A stretch of DNA of 42,147 nucleotides. Origin: a virus. The notes beneath the pieces are model-generated. The model was not told the origin of the DNA and made no database searches. It worked only from the letters and a program-made list of their open reading frames with translations. Of the stretch, positions 7,212 through 14,757 are shown in pieces. Position 1 is the first letter of the stretch, and the number at the start of each line of letters is the position of its first letter. The translations under genes and the position numbers were made by a program. The DNA lies in the IMG/VR virus record IMGVR_UViG_3300045988_041214, positions 1-42,147 of that record; one strand, given 5' to 3'.

Positions 7212-8050
7212 TTATGGGAGCAATCGCACAGCAGGCGCAAGGCCGTCAGATGGTCGAAATGACGCCGAAGAAGAACCTCCAGATGCTGATGAAGAAAAGC
7301 TGGCCGCGCATCGCCAGCGTCGTCGGCAACAACATCAGCCCCGACCGCCTCTACCAGATGTGCGTCAGCGCCATCAACAAGACGCCGAAACTCGCGGAAT
7401 GCTCGCCGCAAAGCGTGCTCTCCTGCTTCATGACCTGCTCCGCGCTCGGCCTCGAACCATCCAACGTGGACGGATTGGGACGCGCCTACGTGCTTCCCTT
7501 CTACAACAAAAAATCCGGCGGCATGGAAGCCACGTTCATCATGGGCTATCGCGGCATGATCGATTTGGCGCGACGCAGCGGCCAGCTCGTGGACATCAGC
7601 GCCCGAGCCGTACACCAGGGAGACGAATTCTCCTACAGCTATGGTCTCAACGAGGATCTGCACCACGTGCCATGCGCCAACCCCGGCGAACTGACCCACG
7701 TGTACATGGTCGCGCATTTCAAGGACGGCGGCCACTACTTCCTCGTCCTGAACCGTCAGGAGATCGAGCAGGCGAGGGCACGCAGCAAGAGCGGCAATTT
7801 CGGCCCATGGAAAACCGACTACGAGGCCATGGCCAAGAAGACCGCCATCCGCCGCGCGGCGCCTTATCTGCCGTTGACGGTGCAGGCGCAGACCGCCGCC
7901 GCCAGCGATGACACCACGCCCGATTACGGCGACGTGTTCCAGCCGGTGCTTGATGACGATGGCGATGATGGAGCTGATGACGTGACCGCCGAGGTCATGG
8001 AGCCGGACGTTGAAACCGGGCAGCAGACTGAAGTGAAGGAGGCCGAGTGA
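7208..8050 (+). CDS. recT: RecT-family single-strand annealing protein
   Basis: Characteristic segments PQSVLSCFMTCSALGLEP, YVLPF and FIMGYRGMIDLARRSG. Confidence 0.8.
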   Translation: MIMGAIAQQAQGRQMVEMTPKKNLQMLMKKSWPRIASVVGNNISPDRLYQMCVSAINKTPKLAECSPQSVLSCFMTCSALGLEPSNVDGLGRAYVLPFYNKKSGGMEATFIMGYRGMIDLARRSGQLVDISARAVHQGDEFSYSYGLNEDLHHVPCANPGELTHVYMVAHFKDGGHYFLVLNRQEIEQARARSKSGNFGPWKTDYEAMAKKTAIRRAAPYLPLTVQAQTAAASDDTTPDYGDVFQPVLDDDGDDGADDVTAEVMEPDVETGQQTEVKEAE

Positions 8051-8535
8051 TGGCCGGAGAGACTGTTATCACGATCATTGGCAATCTGACCGCAGATCCT
8101 GAGATGCGCACGACGCGCAATGGTTCCACGGTGGCGAATTTCAGCATCGCGGCCACGCCACGCGTATACAACAGCCAGGCCAATCAGTGGGAGGACGGTC
8201 AGGCGCTGTTCCTCCGCTGTTCGGCCTGGCGTGACCTCGCCTCGCATTGCGTCCAGACGCTCCACAAGGGCATGCGCGTCATCGCCCAGGGCAGGCTGCA
8301 GCAGCGCTCCTATCAGGCGCAGGACGGTTCCAACCGTACCGTCATCGAAATGACCGTGGACGAGATAGGACCGTCGCTCCGTTATGCGACGGCGCAGGTG
8401 CAGAAGATGCAGTCAGGCGGATACCAGGGCAACGCCAATGGTGGCGGCTATCAGCAGCCGCAGCAGACACAGCAGCAGTCGCAGGCTCCGGCAGATGACC
8501 CGTGGGGCGCTCCGGCTGGAGAGCCTGACTTCTGA
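8047..8535 (+). CDS. ssb: Single-stranded DNA-binding protein
   Basis: OB-fold N-terminus (ITIIGNLTADPEMRTT.NG), Gly/Gln-rich tail and acidic tip ending PDF. Confidence 0.9.
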   Translation: MMAGETVITIIGNLTADPEMRTTRNGSTVANFSIAATPRVYNSQANQWEDGQALFLRCSAWRDLASHCVQTLHKGMRVIAQGRLQQRSYQAQDGSNRTVIEMTVDEIGPSLRYATAQVQKMQSGGYQGNANGGGYQQPQQTQQQSQAPADDPWGAPAGEPDF

Positions 8536-8660
8536 TGCGTGAGTGGATTGAGCCGCCGGACGTGCTGCCCACATGTCCGATTCATGGGTGCGCGCTGTAT
8601 CCGGCGCGCCCCATCCCATGCCCAATATGCGAGGAAGAAGCCGAGGAAGAGGAGGAATGA
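8535..8660 (+). CDS. Small zinc-ribbon-like protein (41 aa, below the ORF-track cutoff)
   Basis: The ATG overlaps the ssb stop and the stop overlaps the next ATG. Contains CPIHGC...CPIC and an acidic tail. Confidence 0.5.
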   Translation: MREWIEPPDVLPTCPIHGCALYPARPIPCPICEEEAEEEEE

Positions 8661-9049
8661 TGATGCAGGAATTCGTCGTGGACATTCCACGGGACGAATG
8701 GTGGACGCAGAATCGGCGCGGCCACTGGTGGGTGAAATTCGCGCACACGAGCGCAGTCAAACAGCGTGCCGTGGCATTCGCCAGATTCTGGCTCCAAAAC
8801 GGCCACCACCGTCCACAACACTTCCCGGTGCACGTCACTGCCGTCATTCACCCATTGACGCACGGGCGCTTCGACCCGGAGAACGCGGCGCCCATGGTCA
8901 AGGCCATCCTTGACGCGCTCACCGATACCGGATTCTGGCCCGACGATGACTCAAAGCATCTCATCGGCCCCGACTACCGCGGCGGAGAGCCAAGCAGCCG
9001 AAAAGGCTGGTACCGAATCACAATCCGAATCGAAGAAGAGGAGCACTGA
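8657..9049 (+). CDS. rusA: RusA-like Holliday-junction resolvase
   Basis: Size, position after the recombination genes, and the D..NA...K...D.L......DD pattern (DPENAAPMVKAILDALTDTGFWPDDD). Confidence 0.6.
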   Translation: MMMQEFVVDIPRDEWWTQNRRGHWWVKFAHTSAVKQRAVAFARFWLQNGHHRPQHFPVHVTAVIHPLTHGRFDPENAAPMVKAILDALTDTGFWPDDDSKHLIGPDYRGGEPSSRKGWYRITIRIEEEEH

Positions 9050-9050
9050 C

Positions 9051-9551
9051 ATGGCCACGAACGTGAGTCAGCAAGACGAGACACTGCACAAGGTTATCGA
9101 ATGGTGTGAGCAGCGCGAGGTTGAGGGATTACGGCTTGCCAATGCTTTGCTGCAGAAGCATGACTTGGCTGCTTATGCAGTGGTCAAAGCTCAAATAGAC
9201 GCATATTACAAGACCGCCGAACACTGCCGTTCCATGCTCGGCTACAGCGGCTCCATGCCGTCCTGTCTCAACTATGAAGACATCGATGACAGCAGCCCGG
9301 ACCTTCAGCCACAGGTTGGCGACTACGGTGTGGCCGTCCTTGAGAACGCTCACGGTCAGGAAGAAATACCGTTCCACGTCGAGCGGGAGGAGCATACCGG
9401 ACTGCCGGTCGCACTCCTGAACACACGACTGTATGCGAAACCGGAAGACGACATCGACGACGGACAGTACGTGAGCCTGTTCCAGCTCTATTTGGACGGC
9501 TTTATGTTGAGTCGGACGGGCCGAAAGCGGAACAAAGACGCGGAGGCATAG
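9051..9551 (+). CDS. Hypothetical protein
   Basis: The ATG lies 1 nt after the previous stop. The upstream extension of the ORF overlaps rusA. Confidence 0.6.
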   Translation: MATNVSQQDETLHKVIEWCEQREVEGLRLANALLQKHDLAAYAVVKAQIDAYYKTAEHCRSMLGYSGSMPSCLNYEDIDDSSPDLQPQVGDYGVAVLENAHGQEEIPFHVEREEHTGLPVALLNTRLYAKPEDDIDDGQYVSLFQLYLDGFMLSRTGRKRNKDAEA

Positions 9552-9553
9552 TC

Positions 9554-9793
9554 ATGTGGTTCAAACGTAAATACAACGAATATGGGTGTCCAATGTGCGG
9601 CAGACTACCAGTAATCAAGGCATGGCAAACGGAAAAATACCACGAGAGCCGCAAAGTAAGGACAACACTCACAGTCTATCGGCTCCAATGTCCACGTGGA
9701 CATATCTCTACAAGCTGGTTCAGCCACGCCGCACTCGCAAGCAGGCAGTGGAAAGAACTCGTGGACGAGTACAAGGGGAAGGATACGAAATGA
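9554..9793 (+). CDS. Hypothetical Cys-rich protein
   Basis: CPMCG ... CPRGH motifs and ATGA coupling downstream. Confidence 0.55.
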   Translation: MWFKRKYNEYGCPMCGRLPVIKAWQTEKYHESRKVRTTLTVYRLQCPRGHISTSWFSHAALASRQWKELVDEYKGKDTK

Positions 9794-10275
9794 GCGCGTA
9801 TCAGCCTGTTCTTGACCCAGCCTGCGGCGGCCGAATGTTCTGGTTCGACAAATCGGATGATCGCGTGCTTTTCGGTGATGTGCGGGATGAAAGCTGGGAA
9901 TTGTGCGATGGGCGTAGGTTCGATGTCAAGCCTGACATGCTGATGGACTATCGCGACCTGCCGTTCCCTGATGAAACGTTCCGCATGGTCGTGCTCGACC
10001 CGCCCCACCTGCGCAATGCGGGCGATACGAGCTACATGGTGCGGAAGTACGGATGCCTCGACCAAGAGACGTGGAAAGCTGACCTCAAGACCATGTTCAG
10101 CGAGTGCTTCCGCGTCCTGAAAGAGCATGGAGTGTTGATTTTCAAATGGAATGAGACACAGATACCCGTATCGCAGATTCTCAAGCTCACAGCGCACAAG
10201 CCACTCTTCGGCAACAAGCAGCCGAACCGCACGGGAACACACTGGATTGTCTTCATGAAGGAGGACGCGAAATGA
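9790..10275 (+). CDS. Small SAM-dependent DNA methyltransferase (DPPH motif)
   Basis: LDPACGGRMFW (motif I-like) and VVLDPPH (motif IV-like). The start is at an ATGA overlap. Confidence 0.55.
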   Translation: MSAYQPVLDPACGGRMFWFDKSDDRVLFGDVRDESWELCDGRRFDVKPDMLMDYRDLPFPDETFRMVVLDPPHLRNAGDTSYMVRKYGCLDQETWKADLKTMFSECFRVLKEHGVLIFKWNETQIPVSQILKLTAHKPLFGNKQPNRTGTHWIVFMKEDAK

Positions 10276-10478
10276 ATAAACGGTACAAGGTTTGCCCACT
10301 TTTTTGGAGTGATTACGGCGATGAGCGCACCTTGATGAATATGGGTGTGTTTGAAAAGTTGCTGAACGAGGGTTGGAAGATTCTGCGGGTGGATACCATG
10401 CCACCAACGGAATTGCGTGATACCGCCGTCACAGCGACGAACGTCTACATCCTTGAGAGGGAGGCTAATGATGATTAG
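10272..10478 (+). CDS. Hypothetical protein
   Basis: ATGA coupling. Confidence 0.55.
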   Translation: MNKRYKVCPLFWSDYGDERTLMNMGVFEKLLNEGWKILRVDTMPPTELRDTAVTATNVYILEREANDD

Positions 10479-10719
10479 CCAATACGACAAGGACATGTGT
10501 TGCCTGTATATCGCTGAGGGGATGACCTACATCTGGCAACAACGAGGGAACCAAGAGCTTTCCCGAATACTTGAATCATTGGCCGATAGGAAGCTCATGA
10601 AGCGTGTCCATGGCGGGTATGCGATCACACTCAAGGGCCTGTTGGCAGTCAAGGTGTGGAGACTTCACCTGTTCCTGTTCCATCACGGTGAATACAAGTA
10701 CTTCAGGAGGAAGAAATGA
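10468..10719 (+). CDS. Hypothetical protein
   Basis: ORF in the track. The start overlaps the previous gene. Confidence 0.5.
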   Translation: MMISQYDKDMCCLYIAEGMTYIWQQRGNQELSRILESLADRKLMKRVHGGYAITLKGLLAVKVWRLHLFLFHHGEYKYFRRKK

Positions 10720-11195
10720 GCAGGGCTGAAACCACCGCCATGCTGTCCAAGCTGGTGGAGAAGAGGTTGAGGAATCAGACCGCTTTTTGGGCGAGCGAGG
10801 TCAATTTCGACCGTAACACGCCCGACGAAAGGCGCGTGGACTACGTGGGCTTCAAGCCCTGGAACATCAACGGTGAGCCGGTGCCCGCAAGCGTCGAGAA
10901 AGGCTGCTTCGAGTTCTACGAGGTCAAGTCATGCATGGCTGACTTCACTAGCGGCAACGGACTGACGTTCTACGGCGATCAGAACTATCTGGTCTGCACG
11001 AAGGAACTGTGCGACGAGATCGTATGGCAGAAGATGGTGCCGCCGCGAGTGAACGCGATCCTGACACCGGATTCGACCGGCTCGAAACTGATTCTCGACT
11101 ATGTGCAGTCCTACAACGACCTGTCATACAGGAGGCGTCCGGCAAGCGAAATCCTGTGGGCCATGGTCAAAGCAAACGGAAAGAGGACTAATTGA
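10716..11195 (+). CDS. PD-(D/E)XK nuclease-like protein (MmcB-like impression)
   Basis: RVDYVGF ... FEFYEVKSCMADF resembles a D...(D/E)xK core. Assignment is tentative. Confidence 0.4.
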   Translation: MSRAETTAMLSKLVEKRLRNQTAFWASEVNFDRNTPDERRVDYVGFKPWNINGEPVPASVEKGCFEFYEVKSCMADFTSGNGLTFYGDQNYLVCTKELCDEIVWQKMVPPRVNAILTPDSTGSKLILDYVQSYNDLSYRRRPASEILWAMVKANGKRTN

Positions 11196-11527
11196 GCATC
11201 ATGCTGGACGAGGCGCAAGCCTACGAAAATTCACGAGATTACGACTGCTGCCAGATCATCGAAGGAGCCTACACGGTAGGCGACGCGGTCTACGAAGCCT
11301 ACTGCGATGGACGTGAAGCGCTGCCCACGAATGCTGAAATCGAGGCCGTGGCGAAACGACTTCTATGGAGAAGCTGCAAGAAGTGGGATGGTGTCGAAAG
11401 TGACTGTGTGGCGAAAGGCGAGGATGACGCATGGAATTATGCCGGTGAGATTCCCGGCTTCCAGGAGGAATATATCAGACAGGCCAAGGAAATGCTCGAA
11501 ATCGCACGGAAGGCGGTAAGCGAATGA
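11192..11527 (+). CDS. Hypothetical protein (TTG start)
   Basis: RBS GGAAAGAGGA then a TTG overlapping the previous stop. Confidence 0.55.
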   Translation: MSIMLDEAQAYENSRDYDCCQIIEGAYTVGDAVYEAYCDGREALPTNAEIEAVAKRLLWRSCKKWDGVESDCVAKGEDDAWNYAGEIPGFQEEYIRQAKEMLEIARKAVSE

Positions 11528-11658
11528 GCAAGGCAATCCGATATGTCGAGTGCGCCCACTGCGGTGAGACGGTGGGCACATATTACGTCACCTGCCCTTA
11601 CTGCGGGTATCGGCTGGTGGACGCGAAGCAAGCCGTAATGATGGGTTTGTCATGGTGA
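11524..11658 (+). CDS. Small zinc-ribbon protein (44 aa, below the ORF-track cutoff)
   Basis: ATGA overlap start. Contains CAHCG...CPYCG. Confidence 0.5.
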   Translation: MSKAIRYVECAHCGETVGTYYVTCPYCGYRLVDAKQAVMMGLSW

Positions 11659-11831
11659 CGCTTGACCCGCCACCGGACTTGGTGGAGATCGCCGAAGCCT
11701 TGGATGCGATGGCGAAACCACACGTGGGAAGCGGATGGGCGAACACCAACTACACCGATCTGCCCTGCACCACGCCACGGCAGGAAGCAATCTGGATGGC
11801 ATACAACGGCATCACAAGAGGAGAGGATTAA
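11652..11831 (+). CDS. Hypothetical protein (59 aa, below the ORF-track cutoff)
   Basis: Read by hand: MVTLDPPPDLVEIAEALDAMAKPH... Its stop TAA shares one base with the next gene's ATG. It is more coding-like than the Arg/Trp-rich ORF 11662..11850. Confidence 0.45.
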   Translation: MVTLDPPPDLVEIAEALDAMAKPHVGSGWANTNYTDLPCTTPRQEAIWMAYNGITRGED

Positions 11832-12667
11832 TGAGAATCAGGACGATTAGACCTGAATTCTACAGTTCAGAGAGCGTCGGCTCCATGACGTGGAAGACGC
11901 GACTCGTGTTCATCAACCTCTGGTCTTATGTTGAGGACAATGGCGTGCAGCTCGACAATCCGCGTCTCTTCCGCGGCCAGTGCATGCCGTATGACGATTC
12001 CGTCCTCGATGGCATCGAGGACGCCTTCGCGGAATTGGAGCAGTGCGGCAGCATCATCCGCTACGAGCGCGACGGCAAGCGTCTCCTCTTCATTCCCGGC
12101 TTCGAGAAATGGCAGAACATCCAACGTCCGGGCACCTGCCACTACCTGCCACCGGACGGCTGGGACAAGCGTGGACACAAGGTCATTCCGGAGGATTCCG
12201 GACAGTTGCAGGAACATTCCTGCGAGTCTCCGGAGGATTCCGGACAGTTGCACGACTGTAGTAGTAGTAGGAGTAGTAGTAAGAGTAGAAAGAAAGAAGA
12301 AGAAAATAAATTTTCTTCTTCCAAAGAAATCACCGCCGAAGCGTTCCATGATTCCACGGACTACACCACCGCCATGTCGGCGATCAAAGCGGAATACGCG
12401 AATCTCGCCGTTACTGACGCTTGGAACGCATTCTTAAGCCGACATTATAGCGAAAACCGCACGATAGCCGACTGGACGCGCCTATGGAAAGGCTGGTGCC
12501 AACGCCGCGCCAACATGAGCGGCATACCACCGTCGAAACGCCATGTGCACACGTGGCAGTGCGAACACGTCCTGCAAGCGCTCGGACGCGACAAGGAAAC
12601 CGCCACACCAGACCAACAAGCCTGCCAACTCGCAGAACGACTCAACAAGGAGCAGAACACACAATGA
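11831..12667 (+). CDS. Putative replication organiser/initiator with internal iteron-like repeats
   Basis: N-terminus MRIRTIRPEFYSSESV...RLVFINLWSYVEDNG resembles phage replisome-organiser N-domains. Contains two 24-bp repeats and a purine-rich low-complexity linker. Confidence 0.5.
   Translation: MRIRTIRPEFYSSESVGSMTWKTRLVFINLWSYVEDNGVQLDNPRLFRGQCMPYDDSVLDGIEDAFAELEQCGSIIRYERDGKRLLFIPGFEKWQNIQRPGTCHYLPPDGWDKRGHKVIPEDSGQLQEHSCESPEDSGQLHDCSSSRSSSKSRKKEEENKFSSSKEITAEAFHDSTDYTTAMSAIKAEYANLAVTDAWNAFLSRHYSENRTIADWTRLWKGWCQRRANMSGIPPSKRHVHTWQCEHVLQALGRDKETATPDQQACQLAERLNKEQNTQ
12187..12252. repeat. Two exact 24-bp direct repeats TCCGGAGGATTCCGGACAGTTGCA
   Basis: Copies at 12187-12210 and 12229-12252, offset 42 bp. 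Each contains TCCGGA-ggat-TCCGGA. Followed by an A/G-rich stretch at 12258-12322. Confidence 0.9.
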
Positions 12668-12822
12668 TAGAACCCAAACTCATCTACCATCTCACAGACG
12701 CCGAATACCACCGACGCATGGCCAAGGCATGGCGAGAAGGCTACGCGGCCGGTTGGAAAGACCAGGAATGCGACTTCCCGCCACACACAAGCGACAATCC
12801 ATATCTGGAGGCCACCAAATGA
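12664..12822 (+). CDS. Hypothetical protein (52 aa)
   Basis: ATGA coupling. Confidence 0.5.
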   Translation: MIEPKLIYHLTDAEYHRRMAKAWREGYAAGWKDQECDFPPHTSDNPYLEATK

Positions 12823-12962
12823 AGAAAATACTCGAAGACATGATCATCAAGTGGCATCAGGCCGGTTACGCGCTTGACGAGATCGCGCCGCTCGTGCCGC
12901 AGGTGCCGAAAGCGGAAGTCGCCGCGATCATCCGCCAGCACGACAAGGAGACCAGACTTTGA
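12819..12962 (+). CDS. Hypothetical protein (47 aa)
   Basis: ATGA coupling. Confidence 0.5.
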   Translation: MKKILEDMIIKWHQAGYALDEIAPLVPQVPKAEVAAIIRQHDKETRL

Positions 12963-13711
12963 CCAACTGCCAGCACTGCCACAAGCCAATGAAACCGGCG
13001 ACGGCGAACCTGCTATGCGCATCATGCCGCACGGACTACTGGACCATGATCCGCCAACTCGGACACGTCCAACTGCCCGCATTAAGCTCCATCATGCTCA
13101 AACAAGCACACATCGGCAGCACAGGCCACACGCCAAGCCGAGGCAACGCGCCAATGCCAATCGACACCCACGCTCAAGACCTCATCGCAGACAGCGAAGC
13201 ATGGTTGGCGGAACAGGCGGGCAAAATACGCGCCGCATACGCCGCATACGACTGGCGGAAAGCATGGTATGCCATCATCAGCAACCGTCACACGACGTTG
13301 AACATGCCAACCGCAGCAGATGATTACACCAGCCTGGAACACATCAGCCGACGCAACGAGACAGCATTGACACCAGAGAGCGAGCTGATAATCCTCGGCA
13401 CCTGCCCCACCTGCCGCCACCAGCTCACCGGTACACCAGACGCCGAGTCGGTCACATGCCAACACTGCCGTACCGAATGGGCGGCACCAGCCATCAAAGC
13501 AGCACGAGACGAACGACTGTGGCAAGTGCAAATCACCGGCACGCCAAGCGACGCAGCCAAGGAACTGAAACGCTACGGCCTGACCATCAGCCGCAACCTC
13601 GTCAGCCAATGGCTCAGACGCGGCAAGTTGCACGCCACGCCGACAAACACCAAGAACCAGTACGTGTTCAACCTCGGCGAGTTGGCCGCACTACTTGACT
13701 GTCACCGTTGA
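12959..13711 (+). CDS. Hypothetical Cys-rich protein with C-terminal HTH (TTG start)
   Basis: RBS AAGGAG 8 nt before the TTG. Contains CQHC...CASC and CPTC...CQHC pairs and the HTH-like segment AAKELKRYGLTISRNLVSQWLRRG. It is the last early gene before the late promoter. Confidence 0.6.
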   Translation: MTNCQHCHKPMKPATANLLCASCRTDYWTMIRQLGHVQLPALSSIMLKQAHIGSTGHTPSRGNAPMPIDTHAQDLIADSEAWLAEQAGKIRAAYAAYDWRKAWYAIISNRHTTLNMPTAADDYTSLEHISRRNETALTPESELIILGTCPTCRHQLTGTPDAESVTCQHCRTEWAAPAIKAARDERLWQVQITGTPSDAAKELKRYGLTISRNLVSQWLRRGKLHATPTNTKNQYVFNLGELAALLDCHR

Positions 13712-13722
13712 AATGCTATACT
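13695..13722 (+). promoter_or_regulatory. Near-consensus sigma-70-type promoter (TTGACT-16 nt-TATACT)
   Basis: The hexamers read directly from the sequence. Points into the hairpin, tRNA-like gene, HNH and terminase genes. Confidence 0.6.
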
Positions 13723-13741
13723 GTCGTATGTTCGTAGAATG

Positions 13742-13772
13742 AATGGCCCAGCATAATGATAGCTGGGCCATT
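13742..13772 (+). other. 11-bp perfect hairpin in the leader of the tRNA-like gene
   Basis: AATGGCCCAGC-9 nt-GCTGGGCCATT with no trailing T-run, 10 nt before the tRNA-like 5' end. Confidence 0.7.
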
Positions 13773-13781
13773 ATCATATAA

Positions 13782-13941
13782 GCTTCGGTAGCTCAGTGGC
13801 AGAGCACAAGGGATGGCACAGATACCAATGGACGGATACCAAACCGGCCGTGGCTTCCTGCTTCTTTCAATCGAATGCCCGTGATGATAAAGACAGTGCA
13901 TCCCACACCACGCGCTGGTTCGACTCCAGCCCGAAGCACCA
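13782..13941 (+). ncRNA. tRNA-like gene with canonical acceptor, D and T arms and encoded CCA, but about 95 nt in place of the anticodon arm
   Basis: GCTTCGG pairs with CCGAAGC (7 bp). D-arm is GCTC-AGTGGCA-GAGC. T-arm is GCTGG-TTCGACT-CCAGC. Discriminator A plus CCA. Nt 13810-13904 form a helix-closed insert (GGGATG(G)CAC / GTGCATCCC). Confidence 0.6.
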
Positions 13942-13955
13942 AAGGCGGTGAATCA

Positions 13956-14264
13956 ATGCCAGGAAGAACGCGCAAGACAAGCCGCCAATTCGAAAAAGAC
14001 AAGGCCGCATTCTTCAACCAATGCAAGGCACAGCATGCAGTCTGCTGGTTGTGTGGTATGCCGATAGATTATTCAGCACCGAAGAACACAAGCGATGACA
14101 GCTTCAACCTCGACCACCTCTACCCAGTCTCGAAGCACCCCGAACTCCAATTCGACCCGGCAGGCTTCAAACCAAGCCATACCAGCTGCAACCGATTGCG
14201 CGGCAACCAAGACCCACCAGCACCAATCGGAACACTCTCAAGACAATGGATAACAACAGCATGA
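13956..14264 (+). CDS. HNH endonuclease (terminase-associated type)
   Basis: CWLCG ... NLDHLYPVSKHP ... HTSCNRLRGN. RBS AAAGGCGG before the ATG at 13956. Lies immediately upstream of terS and terL. Confidence 0.8.
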   Translation: MPGRTRKTSRQFEKDKAAFFNQCKAQHAVCWLCGMPIDYSAPKNTSDDSFNLDHLYPVSKHPELQFDPAGFKPSHTSCNRLRGNQDPPAPIGTLSRQWITTA

Positions 14265-14405
14265 GCCCTCACAGCAAGGGGTAGGGGCGGTGAAATCGTA
14301 AAACCAACGACAGAGCGCAAGACGTCCCGCGTGGTTGCTCTTCCTCTCCCCGATGGCCGAAATTGACCGGGGGTCGCGCGCGCGATTGCAGATTCGAGGT
14401 GAAGC

Positions 14406-14747
14406 ATGTCGGTGAAATTTCCGAGTCATAATGTGGCGGAGGCTTTGGAGCGTTCATTGAAGAACGCCGATGGGCTGAAGGCCGTGAATTCCGCAGTGGT
14501 CGCGGCCGCCCGCGTATTGGCTGGTCGGATTGACTTCCTGAATGCCACCGGATTCGTTGACGAGAACGGGAAGATCGACAATGTGACTCTGCCGACTTTC
14601 TTGAAATACTGCCAGTCTCTCGGATTGACTTTGGACGCTCCAGCGAAGGTCGGGCGTCCGGCTAGGCAGAAGCCCGAAGTCAGGGCTGAGGAAGCGAAGA
14701 GCGACAAGGTTATCGCGATGGATGATTTTATGAAGCGTTTCGGCTGA
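14406..14747 (+). CDS. terS: Terminase small subunit
   Basis: 113-aa protein directly upstream of terL, with a basic C-terminal region. Called by position. Confidence 0.65.
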   Translation: MSVKFPSHNVAEALERSLKNADGLKAVNSAVVAAARVLAGRIDFLNATGFVDENGKIDNVTLPTFLKYCQSLGLTLDAPAKVGRPARQKPEVRAEEAKSDKVIAMDDFMKRFG

Positions 14748-14757
14748 GGAGGTTGCG

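Noticed and set aside
11662-11850. 62-aa Trp/Arg-rich ORF from the track
   Set aside because: An overlapping hand-read frame (11652..11831) gives a more protein-like sequence whose stop shares a base with the next gene's ATG.
13810-13904. Mini-tmRNA reading of the tRNA-like insert. An in-frame GCA...TGA TGA TAA (triple stop at 13882-13890) would encode AQIPMDGYQTGRGFLLLSIECP.
   Set aside because: The acceptor stem has U3-A70, not the G3-U70 alanine identity pair. The D-arm is fully canonical, unlike tmRNA. I could find no pseudoknots. The tag does not end in the usual hydrophobic Ala-rich degron. Kept only as a curiosity inside the tRNA-like finding.
13875-14264. 129-aa ORF starting inside the tRNA-like gene and running into the HNH gene
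   Set aside because: The N-terminal 27 codons overlap the T-arm, acceptor and CCA of the RNA gene. A proper RBS (AAAGGCGG) precedes the internal ATG at 13956, which gives a normal-size HNH protein.
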